From NCBI RefSeq assembly GCF_009914755.1, contig NC_060931.1: 64,000 nt of DNA. The stretch is one strand, 5' to 3'. This stretch comes from the human T2T-CHM13v2.0 reference genome, Homo sapiens. The notes below the pieces were generated by a model. That model was not told the DNA's origin. It did no database searches and saw only the letters and a program-made list of their open reading frames with translations. Position 1 is the stretch's first letter. Each line of letters starts with the position of its first letter. The position numbers and the translations under genes are program-made. Positions 12,374 to 26,485 of the stretch are shown here, in pieces.

Positions 12374-14528
12374 AAAAGAACACATATAGCTAAGTCCCTG
12401 TGTATGTGTATGTGTATGTTGGAGGGTGTAAATATAAAAGAAGGAGAAACTTCAGGAAGATTACAAAAGACAATTTGCCAGTAAATATTATTTCTGTGTT
12501 CATATAATGCAAGACATTTATATTTAAAGAGACCACTTGGTTTTCTAGGACTTAAAAAAAATTTTTTTTCAGGTCTTTTTCAGATCAACATTAAAAACAG
12601 GTCATAATATATTTTTATTTTCAACCCTGAAAAAGGGACCTGCTGAATTTGCATTAGTTTAGTTGCCAAAATAGATCAGAGGATGCTAATCCATGAGAAA
12701 CGTGTCTCCTCCTCCCCTTTTTCCCTTCCTTTAAAACCAAGAGATGCATATAATTTAACCATGCTTGCTTTGGGTAACAAACAGCATGGGGTTGAAAGGC
12801 ATTGAGTCTGCTTTCTAAGGAAGTACAATACTTCACATTTTTAATGCATCACTGAACAGAGGTCAAGTAGGGTAGTACCAGCATTAATATAGCACATCAA
12901 ACTACCCGCAGTAAAGTAACTCAATATACCCTGTGTATATTTCTCCCACATTAGCAAGTGGGTCATCAATCTCTTAGCTAACTTAAGCCCAGTTGTAAAT
13001 TTATGGTATTTTGCTTCCCAACATGTTCCTGCTCGGTTTTCATGATCTTCCCTAATATATGATCACTTAGCAAATACAAAAAGACAAGATATTTATTTTT
13101 GATTTCCAGATTAACTAAAAGTTATCATTATTCCCCACCAAGAATTCTGAAAAGCTAAATAAATTCTATGAAAAACAATTAGTGTTTATCTAACAAAAGA
13201 ATTATTACCATCTAGCTTCCTCCTAACTTTCTTTGTAGCTATTTAAATAAAATTAGCAGCTGAGACCATCACTTTGAGGAGAAATGATAATTGTCAGATA
13301 ATAGGATCTACATAATTCTTAAAATTTACAAAAATTTATAAAATTCTTATAAATTTAAAAACTGCATAAGAACAAATAAGAGAGAAATTCTGTGACTGTT
13401 AAAGTAGGTGTTTTATTTAATGTGTGTGATGAATAACCTAACTCCCTCAAGTTAATATATTTTTCTCGCTGTTTAGTACTTTTTGTGGAAGTGTTGATGT
13501 GTATTTCATTTTAAGTAACATAGAGCAACAGTGACATTACATTTCAATTACAAGTGAGAAAAATGGAAGGACGACTCTGTGGCTTATTTGAACTCTTTCA
13601 TTATTTAGTTATACCACCCTATTTTGATACAACAATGGGAAGTTTTATGTTTAGAAGACTTTTATTCTGTCCTCCTTTAAGCATTTCGCACAGGCACATA
13701 TATTTTTCTCTAAAAACACCCCTAGTAGGCATTTATTTCATAAACATTTGAGCATTACACATATATTGGGAGATAGGAAATTAGTAAGATAAGGTTCCCA
13801 GTTTTGAAAAGCTTGTAGTCTACTGGAGAAAATATATATTGTAGGAGAGGGTGTTTTGCTTTTGTTCTTAGATGACACAATTTGGAAACACCTTGAAAAT
13901 TCATATTCTGAACCAATGAGATCAAGCTCAAATTGTGTTGATATATGTTTATATGTTCTAAGGATTCACAGAGTAGCCTGACCTGCGACTCTGCAAATAG
14001 TGCAAGTGATGCTATCTCCAGGAAAGAGGAGTCCATTTTCAGAGCAAGTGACTCATCTTCCATGGCTGCTGAGGCTGGGACCTGGGAACCAAAGATGAAT
14101 GAACAGAGGGTGCAGCACCAGATCCTTAACTAAGATAAAGTTACTAATTCATTCCTCCCAGAGGATAGAACTGGGACACACTGCTTTGTTTAATTGGAAT
14201 ACATACATACATATTTATTCATACTTCTTGAAAACGTAAATTTGTTTTCTCAAAATGAATGTTTTCTCATAATATTTTTAAAGGCAGATTTACTTTGAGT
14301 TCATGGGGATTCTTGCTAAGATACTCACTATCTAGCAACTGCAAAATGATCGGGCTTGTTTTTTAAAATAAATGTTGATAAAGTCTTGAAGAAGAAATAG
14401 CCAAAAGTCCCATCCTAGTGATAAAATGAATCTATAAAGCTGAAATGGTTTTTCAGAACTGAAAATTACCTAAATGTTGTATCAGTTAAATAAATTATAT
14501 AACATCTATATAAAAAAGAGGTCGTTTC

Positions 14529-14870
<342 letters not shown>

Positions 14871-14943
14871 TCAAAGTATATTTTTGAGACAAACTTATTG
14901 ACAGTGAGAAAAACTTCATGTTAAAGTAAGTGAGAGATGCAGC

Positions 14944-15262
14944 TTTTTAATTTATTTTTATTTTTTATTTTTATTTTTTTGAGACAGAGTCTCACTCTGT
15001 CGCCCAGGCTGGAGTGCAGTGGTGTGATTCGGCTCACTGCAACCTCCGCTTTCCGGGTTCAAGCAATTCTCCTGCCTCAGCCTCTGGAGTAGCTGGGACT
15101 ACAGGAGCCGCGACCACGCCCGGCTAATTTTTTTTTTTGTATTTTTAATAGAGACGGGGTTTCACCGTGTCAGCCAGGATGGTCTCGATCTCCTGACCTC
15201 GTGATCCACCCGCCTCGGCCTCCCAAAGTGATGGGATTACAGGTGAGCCACTGCGCCCAGCC
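14944..15262 (-). mobile_element. Alu (AluSc8/Y-like)
   Basis: Antisense Alu dimer with gccaggatggtctcgatctcctgacctcgtgatcc. Confidence 0.95.
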
Positions 15263-15464
15263 GCTTTTCTCACTCTTAAGAAAAGTCACAAACACATTTC
15301 AACTTTGCTGACTTTGGAGATGCGTGGAAATAGTTTTTAGGACTAGGAGAAGATCTGCCAGAGAGAAAAAATTAACATGCTAACAATGGTAAAAAAAAAA
15401 AAAAAAAAAAAAAAAAGAATGTTGGAAGGAAACTATTTTTTTTCGCTTAAGAATGAGGAGAGCC

Positions 15465-15871
<407 letters not shown>

Positions 15872-15939
15872 TCATTTGTTTCTAAGCATCTTTAAGGGTT
15901 AGTCTGTTGCATTCAGGAGTAAGTCCTCTCAGTCATCCT

Positions 15940-16140
15940 AGAGCACGGAAAATAACAGCCTGTGGCCCCAGTCCTGCCTGTCACCTGTTCATGTGCCAAT
16001 TCCCTATGGATGCTTCTTCACCACATGAGTAGTTGAGTAGTTGCAAAAGAGGTGAGTCATTGCAACAGAAACCATCTGGCTCACAAACCGTAAAATATTT
16101 AGTGTCTGGCTTTTTACAGAAAAAGTTTGCTGACTCTATA
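15940..16140. mobile_element. MER58-like hAT MITE
   Basis: Characteristic terminus tctggctttttacagaaaaagtttgctgactc. Confidence 0.75.
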
Positions 16141-16239
16141 GAGTGCCTTTGACAAAACTAATTCCATCTTAGAAAAGGAATTCAATTTTATATTTCATAG
16201 GACACTTTGCCAACAAGGATAAGATGTTTTGCTTCATAA

Positions 16240-16876
16240 ACAAATAAAAAAATAAAGATTGCATCCAACCAGATAAGGGCACAAACAAGCACACTTTTCC
16301 ACTATCAGTTCTCACCAGAGGATTCTGTGACTGCAAATGAGCAGGCCTTCGGCAGCTCCAAATGGACATCTTAACTGACACCGTCTACCAGTCACTCGTG
16401 ATAAGAATTCGGATCTGCCCCTGAAAGCTCTGCCACATTAAACACTCTTCCTTGTAAGACCAAGGCCCAGACCAGACTTCCTTGCAAGACCAAGACTGGC
16501 TCCAGACCAGAACTTCGTTTGTCTTCTTAGCTCCCCCTTAGACTGGTTAATTAACTCTTTCTCCTATCGCTTTTTCCCCTTCATGTTAAATGTTACTTTG
16601 TTTCTTGTGGAATGTTTAATCTATAACATTTATATATTAATTAAGTATACTATTATGTATGTTTTGCAATATTGACTGACTTCTAGCATGGCTAGAGCCT
16701 GTGTGTCTGTGGCTCTGACTACTGAGTGAATGGGAAGCACTAAGAATTGTCTCCTTGGGACCTCCATGTAGCTCATGACTTTTGTGACTGAAATAGCAAC
16801 AATAAAAGCCTGACATTGTTGAAATACACAAATATGCATGGACCTGGTTATCTCTTATGTTGCACCGCTCATGACA
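16240..16876 (+). mobile_element. ERV solo LTR (LTR47-like; left boundary uncertain)
   Basis: aataaaagcctgacattg poly(A) region; ends gcaccgctcatgaca; internal duplicated cttccttg(t/c)aagaccaag. Confidence 0.6.
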
Positions 16877-17276
16877 CCGACCCCTGACCTACTGTCCAGT
16901 GGCTGTTTCCTTGTGTCTAACCTTACCCTTATTCACTGATGTATTACCTCTATATAGATACCACGCCTGCTGCTGGTGCTCAACGTAAGCTTCCTAATTC
17001 AGATTCAGAAATTGTTCATAGCTCCTGAGGACATTAAAATGAGCCTTTTGAGTTCTGTATTTACAACCAATCCTGTCAGATGCCAGGTATCTCTGGTTGT
17101 CACAGGAAAAGGTATTTGTGGTCCCCTGAAATCCTTGATGACAGAACTGAGATGTGTTCTCATGTGCTCTAAATGTACATGGTCATGCTAAGTTCTAGGA
17201 ATAAGCAGAAAGTGTCCAGATCTCCCACCTTTGTGTTACATTTTGTTACACAAAGCAATTTTTAAAAATTACTGCT

Positions 17277-17830
17277 TGTGATGGTTAATATTGAGTGTCA
17301 ACTTGATTGGATTGAAGGATGCAAAGTATTTTTCCTGGATGTGTCTGTGAGAGTGTTGCCAAAGGAGATTAACATTTGAGTCAGTAGACTGGGAGAGGCA
17401 GACAGACTCACCCTCAATCTGGGTGGGCACCATGTAATCAGCTGCCAGTATGGCTAGAATAAAGCAGGCAGAAGTTGGAAGGCACTTGACCTGCTGAGTC
17501 TTCTTGCCTTCATCTTTCTCCCATGCTGGATGTTTCCTGCCTTCTAACATCAGACTCCAAGTTCTTCAGTTTTTGGACTCTTGGACTTACACCAGTGTTT
17601 TTCTAGGGATTCTCAGGCCTTGGGCCACAGACTGAAGGCTGAACTGTCAGCTTCCCTACTTTTGAGGTTTGGGGACTTGGACTGATCCACCACTGGCTTC
17701 CTTGCTCCTCAACTTGCAGACGGCCTGTTGTGGGACTTTACCTTGTGATCGTATGAGTCATTTCTCCTTAATAAACTCCCTTTCATGTATACTGTTAGTT
17801 CTGTCCCTCTAGAAAACCCTGACTAATACA
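17277..17830 (+). mobile_element. MLT2A1 (HERV-L) solo LTR
   Basis: tgtgatggttaatattgagtgtcaacttgattgg...ccctgactaataca; perfect 5-bp TSD ctgct. Confidence 0.92.
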
Positions 17831-17894
17831 CTGCTTTTGCAGTTCAGCATCTTCAAAACAATAATGGAACAGTGTGTCTTCAGGTTTGGGTTTC

Positions 17895-18196
17895 TTTTTT
17901 TTTTTTAATTTTTCTGAGAAAGAGTTTCACTCTTGTTGCCCAGGCTGCAGTACGATGGCGTGATCTTGGCTCACCGCAAACTCTGCCTCCCGGGTTCAAG
18001 TGATTCTGCTGCCTCAGCCTCCTGAGTAGCTGGGATTACAGGCATGTGCCACCGCGCTTGGCTAATTTTGTATTTTTAGTAGAGATGGGGTTTCTCCACA
18101 TTGGTCAGGCTGGTCTCAAACTCCCAACCTCATATGTCCACCCACCTCAGCCTTCCAAAGTACTGGGATTACAGGCGTGAGCCACCATGCCCAACC
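17895..18196 (-). mobile_element. AluSp-like SINE
   Basis: Antisense Alu with tttctcca..ttggtcaggctgg and ctcttgttgccc. Confidence 0.93.
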
Positions 18197-18579
18197 TAAA
18201 CTTTTATAACTATTTTGAGAGAAACAACTATTCAAGATAATTATTTTGGCAGTAATTGATTTCTTTGTCAATTCTCTTCCTAGGTGTTGCTCATAAGGTT
18301 ATCATAGCTTAGGGCAGAAAATTGATTTGAGTGACCATTTCTATATTGGACTCAAAATTACCTTTTATTCTAAATAAACGAAGACGTTTTTGTTTGTTTG
18401 CATCTTTCGTGTCTCTTTCTCCACCTTTAGAATGATTTTATTTTCAGAAAGCCAGTTGCCCTTTTAGGTAAATAAACTGCTGATAGATCCTCTTCACCAA
18501 TCTTCTAAAGACTTTTCTGCACGTGTCTGTATTTAGGCATCATCTAAGTTCAAATTGTGAATCCTTTTACCATCAATCC

Positions 18580-18750
18580 GTTACTACATTTAATCCTTAA
18601 AACAACTCTGGAGGAAGGTATTATTCTCCCTGTCATATAGATAGGGAAATCCATATTAGAGAGGTTACGTAAATTGATCCATTTTAAACAGTATAAGTCA
18701 CATAAAAACCAGACTCCTAATCTGTGTTCTTGTCACCAGATCATGGCACC
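18580..18750 (-). mobile_element. MIR SINE
   Basis: catttaatccttaaaacaac...agagaggttacgtaaattg core. Confidence 0.65.
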
Positions 18751-20516
18751 AACATCTAGGATAAATAATAATATATTTCTTTAAATATTTAATCATTTGT
18801 TTCTACATTTAAAAATTAAAACCAGTGGAGAAAAACAACAGTAGCTTCAAAAGAAAGGAAACATCAGAAAATGATTGCTTTGGAATTGGGAAAAAGCAGT
18901 TTCATAATTTACCTTTTGTGACTTAGCATATTAATTGGCTGATTTATATGAAAGAGCTTAAGATTTCATTTTTTTCTTAAGCACCATCTGGATGGAGTTG
19001 TTTCCTTCTCCCTGAAGGCTCATTGAATCGATGTTCAAGTCTCAAGAGCTTGGACTCACAAGAACATAGCTTTACCTAAGCAAGCCCCTTGGTCTATTAC
19101 ACTAGCCACTGGATTGCAGACATTTAAAGTACCATTTAAAGTAATGGGCAGAAGAAAGAACAGAACACAGGTACTACAGGATCTGGACTCCAAATATCGT
19201 CTCTCCCAGAGGCAATTAAACCTGGGGGGGCCAAAATTTTGTTTCATGGTAAGGATCACTGGTCTTTGGAATGAAGATTTTAATAAAAGCTATGAGTAAA
19301 TAGAAAAATAGCCTGCCAACTTAGTAATATCTTGAAGTGGTATTAAAAGAGTATCATTTATAATAGCTGTAATATTCATACAAAATAACAAAGTCTAGAA
19401 TTATTTAGAATTTTATTCTAAATACCTTACTAGATTCACAAATTAATAAAGTTTGCTTCTCTCCTATTAGTACCGCATTAAATTAAATAAAAAGTTAACT
19501 ACCATCTGATAATTTTTATTTTATTTTGGATAGACTGAATGCAGCTTTTTAGGTATTTTACATATTTTCATAGACTACATGAATGTCGCTAGTGCTTTTT
19601 CAAAATCCGTGATTCTGTCCATGAGCAATGAGCTTGATTTATAGCTTTTCTGTGTTTCTTAATCTGAGCTGGATGATTTATAGAGTCAAGAGTCTTTTGT
19701 TCTTGATTACAGTGTTCAACATGCAAATTACACTCACTTCTTGGTATAGAAATGGCACCCTGCCTCTTCCCTGGGACATTTAATCTGCATAGAATTCTAG
19801 GCAATCCTTATCCAAGCAAATGCCAGCAAATAGCCTTTCCCCCTCTCACAATAACCTGTAAATTCTCTCTTATCAAGAATAACAGGGAAATGAGGTCTTT
19901 AGTTCAGTTGAGTAGCCGTTTATGATGCAAAATCATCAATTTTTCAATGAACTGACATATTCTCAACTTCAGCTTAAGATTTCATATGGTTTAACCTGTC
20001 TTTTTATGACCTCTAAGGCACTTGAGAATCCAGCAATGGTTTAGGGTCATTGGCTCACACTGAACAGTATTCAGTGACATAGAAGTTTTGCTAAATCTCT
20101 TCTGGTCCTGGATATTCCCTCTGAAAAGGGGTTATTTGAATATAGTTTTGATATACTTGCTTTCTATGTCATTCTGTAGGGTCAAAATGGACAATACCAG
20201 AAGATTTGGTTTTACTCGTTCATAGTTAATTTTACTCTTATAAAGAAAAGTTATACAAATATGAACAAAAAATTAAAGTAAAAATTCAGGATGTCTGAAT
20301 CCCAAGAAAACAGAAGTTGGTTACCATGGTTAGAAGTCAGGCTGACTGTACATAATTCTAACTAACAATTATTAGTCATAATTGACAATATTTATTTCAA
20401 AGATTGAATTTTTATTAAACTTGATATATTATCACTAGCTTGAGTCCCCCCCAACTTTCTTACTTTTATTACTAAAGTTACCAAAAGAAGCATTTAAAAT
20501 ATATTTTAGTACACAG

Positions 20517-21080
20517 TATCACTAATCATCAGAGAAATGCAAATCCAAACCACAGTGAGATATAATCTCACCCCAGTTAGAATGGCTATTAATAAAGAGA
20601 CAAAGAATAACAGATGTTGGTGAGGATGTGGAGAAAGTAGATAGGCTTTTGGTGGGAATGTAAATGATTACAGCCTGTATGGAAAACAGTATAGAGATTT
20701 CTCAAAGAACTGAAAATAGAACTACCACTCGATGCAGCAATCCCATTACTAGGTATCTACCCAAAAGAAAAGACATCAATATATCAAAAAGGTACTTGCA
20801 CATGTATGTTCATCATAGCACTATTCACAAAAGCAAATGTACAGCATCAAACTTAATGTCAATCAACGCATGAATGGATAAAGAAAATGTGGTATATATA
20901 CACAATAGAATAGTGTTCAGCCATAAAAAAGAATGAAAACATGCATTTTGTAGCAAAAGGGATGGAACTGAAGGTCATTATCTTGAGTGAAACAAGTCAG
21001 GCACAGAAAGACAAATATTGCATGGTCTCACTCATAAGTGGTGCTAAGAAATGTGTTCACATGGATGAGGAGACTGGAAT
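20517..21080 (+). mobile_element. L1MA-like ORF2-end/3'UTR fragment
   Basis: atcatcagagaaatgcaaatccaaaccac...ctcactcataagtgg. Confidence 0.88.
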
Positions 21081-21439
21081 CTCGTCTCTTGCTTTCACTT
21101 GCTCACTGCTCAATAGTAGTGTGTTGACTTGTTACCAGGCTTGAGGTAGCTCCCCTGTAATGCCTGCTTTGTGTCTAATTTCCTTTCTTAATTGAGTGTA
21201 TGATATTTGATGAAAACATTAGACTGAAGTAAGTCCACTAGCCTTTGAACTCATCCATAGATCCCGACACATGGTTGGAAATCAATACATATTTTTAAAT
21301 GAATACACTAATAAATAACAAAGTTTTGGGGAGTTACTTTAGAAGTTCACTTATCTTTTATTATCTGATCATCATTTGTTAGATAATTCTCAAATTTGAA
21401 TTTTCTGAAGATAATAAAGTGTATAAAATGAGCTGACTT

Positions 21440-23660
21440 TAGAAAGCAGACTTATTAGGTATCAGATATTTTGTATAGAGGCATTAAATGAATTACAAAA
21501 GAGATATGTTTTCATACTATCATGAAGTTTTCATTCTAGTGAAAGAGAAGAGAGTAAAACAAAAATATGCAGAAGAGAGTAAAGCAAAATATGCAGATAA
21601 AGAAATTAAAAATTATTAAGGTCAATAAAAACAACAAACTAGAGACTAGAATAGACAATAATAGGATATAATTTCTAGCAGAGAGTGATCGTGTAAAGCA
21701 TCACTGCTGAGATGACATTTAAGCTGATAACCTGAGATGAAAGGATGTTCCTGTGAGAAGAGCTAGAGAAGAATATTATGAATGCCCTGAGAAGGGAAAA
21801 TCTTGGTGTGTCCAAAACCCGCAAAAAGACCAATAAGGATAGAGTGCATGCAATAAATTAAGAGAGAAGGATATGCAGTAAAGCTAAAGAGATGAGCAAT
21901 TCACATGGTGAAGAATCTATAGCTATGGGGAAGCTCTTCAATGTTGTTTGAAACAGAAGAGGAAGTAATTGAAAATACTTTGTCAGAAAATTGACATGGC
22001 AGTGACTTAAAAGGGGTAAGATTAGAAGTGAAAAGCCCCATCAGAGGCTTTTGCTCTCATTCTGATGAGAGAGGATGTTGGCCTGTGTTTGGGAGCTGAT
22101 AATAAAGAAGAATTAATTAGACCCATTTGAAATATATTTTATAAGTAGCATAAGCAAGATTCTAGACTAAATGGGACGTGGAGGTTGAGGGCAAGTACGG
22201 AATTTAGGATGGTTTTTAAGTGTATAGTTGTTTTTAAAATTGACAAGTAAAAAATTATATATATTTGTGGTGTCAAACATGGTGTTTACACACACACACA
22301 TATATAATGGGATGGCTAAATCAAGCTATTTAACATATACATTACCTGACATAATTTTTTGTGGTAAGGTGTTTAGTTTTAATAGGTCTTCATTTTGAAC
22401 AGTGATGCTATTTATTGAGGTGTGAAAAATGTTTAAGTGGGTGGAAACTTGGGAGATTGGGGATGTAAGACCTGCAAGTGAAGTTGTCCAGCAGGCAGGT
22501 AAATAGATAGAATACAATTCAGCCAATAGATTTAAATTGGAGATAACAATCTGTGAGCTAGACACTAAATCATGGCAAGACATGAGTATGAGTGACGTCA
22601 CTTAAAGAGTACATTTTGTATTATTTGTTTTTGTGTGAAAAGTTGACCCAGGACTGAATCATGAAGAACACCAAATTAGGAGTATAAGTAGAAGATGAGG
22701 AACCACAAAGCTATAGTGAAGACTGACAGGGCATGGTGTCAAGGAAATTAAGAGAAAACTTAATTTCAAGAAAGAAGGCAAAAAAACCATCTCAGTGATT
22801 ACTGAGAACACTAATTATAAGAAGAGCAAACTATCCATTGGATTTGGTAAAACAGAGGTTATTATGACCTTGACATGTGCTTTTGAAGGACTGGTAGATG
22901 TAAAAACCAGATTAAAAGTCATTAAAGGTGATTGGGAAGTAAACAATGTAAACGTCTTTTACAGACAACTTTTTGAAGAGCTTTTCTATGAAAACTATCA
23001 GAGAATTGAAGCTGAAGGCAGATGTAAGATCAGTAGAAGACTTTTATAAAATAGTCTATATTAGAGCATTTCTTTGTGCTCATTGGAATGATTCAGAAGA
23101 GAAGGTAAGTCTGATAATACTGGAAAGAAGAAATACATTAAGCTACAGCCAACAGGAAGACAAGAATAAAGGGGTTTTAAGAACATGTGGCTTGATGGTT
23201 CTTTGATAGGAGGTGATAGTTATGTGGCATTTTATCAATTGCTGCAATTAAGAAAAATATTGTATGTCATTGATGCAGATGGATCTGCAGGTTTACCACT
23301 GGTAAAATGAAAGAGTTTAATTTAATGTCTTCTATTTTTCAATAAAGACTAAATATAGGTCATCAGATAAAATGAAGCTAGAAGAAGGAATGAGGGGATT
23401 CGATAATTGAAGAAGCATTCTTGGGGTGCATAAAAGTGAGACTATCAGAGAAACAATTGTTTTTCTGCCTAGAATTCAGTATGTATTTAAACTTTGTGAC
23501 TTAATATCTATTTATTTACATTAGAAAAAGTTAGAATTCAGTATGTATTTAAACTTTGTGACTTAATATCTATTTATTTACATTAGAAAAAGTTAGCTCT
23601 ATTGTATAATTTTTTTCAAAAATATTCATCTAGCTGCTCAGGCAGACACTTGGAGAAGAT
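21440..23660 (-). mobile_element. Long degenerate L2 LINE, interrupted by an L1MA 3' tip at about 22230-22370
   Basis: Purine-rich antisense L2 motifs (gagatgacatttaagctga, ccattggatttgg, atgaccttgac). Confidence 0.7.
23470..23593. repeat. Perfect 62-bp tandem duplication
   Basis: Identical units 23470-23531 and 23532-23593, followed by tag microhomology. Confidence 0.97.
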
Positions 23661-23667
23661 AAATAAT

Positions 23668-24162
23668 GTGTATTTAAACAATGAAGCCTGCTGTAACAAA
23701 TCACCAAAACCTTGGAGGTTTTAAATAATACAGATTTATTATTTCACAGATCTAGTAACCAGAAGTTCAAAATCAAGATGGCACCAGGGCTACAATCCTT
23801 CTGAAGTCTCTAGCATAGAATTCTTCCTTGTGAAGAGCCCAGTTTCCTGTAGGTCCAGGTGTTCTTTGTCTTGTGGATACTTAACTTTAATCTCTGCCTC
23901 CATTTTCACTTGGCCTTCTCCTCTGTCTTCACAAGGCTTTTTCTGCATATCTGATGTGGACTTCTCTTCTGTATCTGTATCTTCTTCTCCTCCATATCTT
24001 ATAAGGACAATTGCCATCGGATTTAGGGCCCTCCTGGATAATTCCAGATGATCTCATCTCAAGATTCTTAACCTAATTGAGTCCGCCAAGAACCTTTTTG
24101 CCAAATAAGTTCACATTCACAAGTTGTGGACGGACATATCCTTTGGAAGACCATCACTCAAT
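23668..24162 (-). mobile_element. MLT1 (C/D/E-like) MaLR LTR
   Basis: ctgctgtaacaaatcacc, cttataaggac, ggatttagggccc, ccaaataagttcacattcac. Confidence 0.82.
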
Positions 24163-26115
24163 AGGGTTCTATTGGAGCTAATATTTTATTTACCAAACCA
24201 TTAGATTAAAAGTGAGTATTTCAGACTGAAGGCAGGTATATCAAGATACCACAAGATAATGGAGTAACAGAATAAGTAGCTTTATTTTTGAATATTGCTC
24301 AGAAGTCAATAGACTAAACTTTGCTTTTCAAGCATCTCATTTTTAATATGGAGATAATAACGTTTACCTACTTGAAGGGTAGGCTCTAGCACAGATGATT
24401 CTCTGCAGTCCCCTTTGCTTGGAAGACCTCTGGTTCTTTATTTTAGCTAGAATATTTTGCTTTGAAAATGATCTTGAAACATGAAGGTGTGGTAGAAAAG
24501 TGATAAAATAGTACAAATTTTTTCATTCTGAATCACACTGTGAAAATATGGAAAGCCTTGTACTTAAAATAAATACATATTTTCACAGAAAAATAAAGAC
24601 AAAGAAATACTTATCATCATCAATGGGAATTTATTTTAAACCTTATGTTCTAGATTTGGGGAATGTTTTTCTCTCAAAGCTCTGACCCGAAAGGAAGGAA
24701 GGAAAAGACTACTCTCACATAAGTCACCTAAAATGTATTAAACTCAACTAATTGTTAGAATTTAAGAAAAAGGTCAAAAAACTGTTTGATAAATAGTTTT
24801 AAAATCTATTGCGATTCTATATTGTGGATAGTTAGTAGAGGTCAAGAGGCAGGGAATGTAATGAAATGGATGGAGACAAATTATAGAGAAAGAAATGTAA
24901 ATAAACAGATGGAAAGAGAAGCAAATTCTTTAAAAGTGACTCTTAGTGAGCTACAGATTCACACAGCTTGTTGATATGCTTATGAGCATCACCAGATCAC
25001 TATAATCTGTTGTGTTCCTTCAGGGATAAAAAGACACGGCTCGTTCATAGAAAAGGAGGAACTGTCAATAAAGAACTCCAATTCTCAGCTATTTAAGTCT
25101 CCAAGTCTAACTTATGTCTTTGCTGCTACAAAGGTTGAGTGGTGACAGAGGAACTATTTCTGTACTGTTGAGGCAGTAGTAATGAGAAATCAGGCCTAAG
25201 GCTGTACTGGACTCCAAAGTTGAAGGCTATCTCTCAGCTCTTACTTCTCATGTTTAAAGGCCAAATCCAGAGACTATTTTCAATTAACCAAAGGAATGAA
25301 TTCAGAAATCACTACTACATGTTACAAGAAAGCAAATGTAAAGGGCATAAGCAAATTAGCAGTTTTCATAGGTTAACAATAGCAATGACAAACAGACATT
25401 GAATATATACTATGTACCGAATCCCTTTTTAAATGCTTATATAAAAAATCACCCCATTCAACCTTCACAAAACTCAATGAGTTAATATTAGGATCCCTTT
25501 TCCCAGAGGAGAAAACGGAGTTTAAGCCACTTTTCCAAGGTAACAGAGAATAAAGAGTAGAAATAAGATTCAAATTCAAATCTATTTAACACATTATGTT
25601 TTCCACCAGAGTATTTTTAATATACTTATCTAGCAACCAAAACAGCTTGTAGTTTAAGATGTTTTGCTACTACAAATAGATGAACTTCAGGGGTTTCCTA
25701 AAGTACCATAAAATGCATCATTTTTATAAGTCACAAGTTATCAGATAGTTGTGGCTACAGAAGGCTGGGCAGTAAGTACTGCCTGCCCTATTTGCACCTT
25801 GCTCCAATTACCAGTTTTCTCTACATCAGAGTTTCCTTGGTCCTTATGCACCTGCCCTATTATACTTAAGCTTAGTCTGTAGGGCAGGGCACTGGTAGTG
25901 AGGTCTGGGTCACCCACAACAGAGATAATCCCTATATCTTAAACAGAGATAATTCCCAGTGCCATAGACAGAAATTTACAAATTAGAGAACCTAGGTTTG
26001 ATTTACTATTTTTTTCCTTTAGTTAGGTTGTTTATTCAAAACTTGAAAACATATACAATTTCAGGGTCTTCTACAGTATATTTACACCTGTTGTAAAGTT
26101 GTTCATCAGAACAAC

Positions 26116-26198
26116 TTTTTTTTTTATTATACTTTAAGTTTTAGGGTACATGTGCACAACGGGCAGGTTAGTTACATATGTATACATGTGCCATGTTG
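26116..26198 (-). mobile_element. Very short L1PA 3' tip with poly(A)
   Basis: ttttttattatactttaagttttagggtacatgtgcacaacg...gtgccatgttg, then an abrupt switch to non-L1 DNA. Confidence 0.93.
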
Positions 26199-26304
26199 TA
26201 TATTCTCAGCGATGTCAGCTTTAATATTATAATTAATGTGCACAAATCTGAGCACTGTTCTTGCTCAAACTGTAATACATTAAATAGACCATAGCAAACA
26301 ACTT

Positions 26305-26485
26305 CTTACTTAAGTGCTTGTCTGTGCCTGTCACTCTTCTCATGCTTTAGCCTCATAACATTGGTTATAATTATATAAATGGTTAGTATTCATATTCTCA
26401 TTGCAAAATGAAAAGTGAGGAAGAGAGATTAAGCCATTTGCTTAAGGTCACAAGTCTGGTAAAATCAACAGAGGCACTCAGAATG
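26305..26485 (-). mobile_element. MIR fragment
   Basis: aaatgaaaagtgaggaagagagattaagccatttgcttaaggtcaca core. Confidence 0.65.

Noticed and set aside
12647-12654. Octamer ATTTGCAT near the U2 fragment
   Set aside because: It is downstream rather than in a DSE position, and a single 8-mer is expected by chance in AT-rich DNA.
23470-23596. Direct repeats as a CRISPR-like array
   Set aside because: Eukaryotic DNA, two adjacent copies and no spacers; no CRISPR array anywhere in the window.
26005-26115. Alternative reading as a short 3' transduction to the left of the L1 tip
   Set aside because: A reverse AATAAA and a T-run are present, but there is no matching TSD on the right of the L1 tip.
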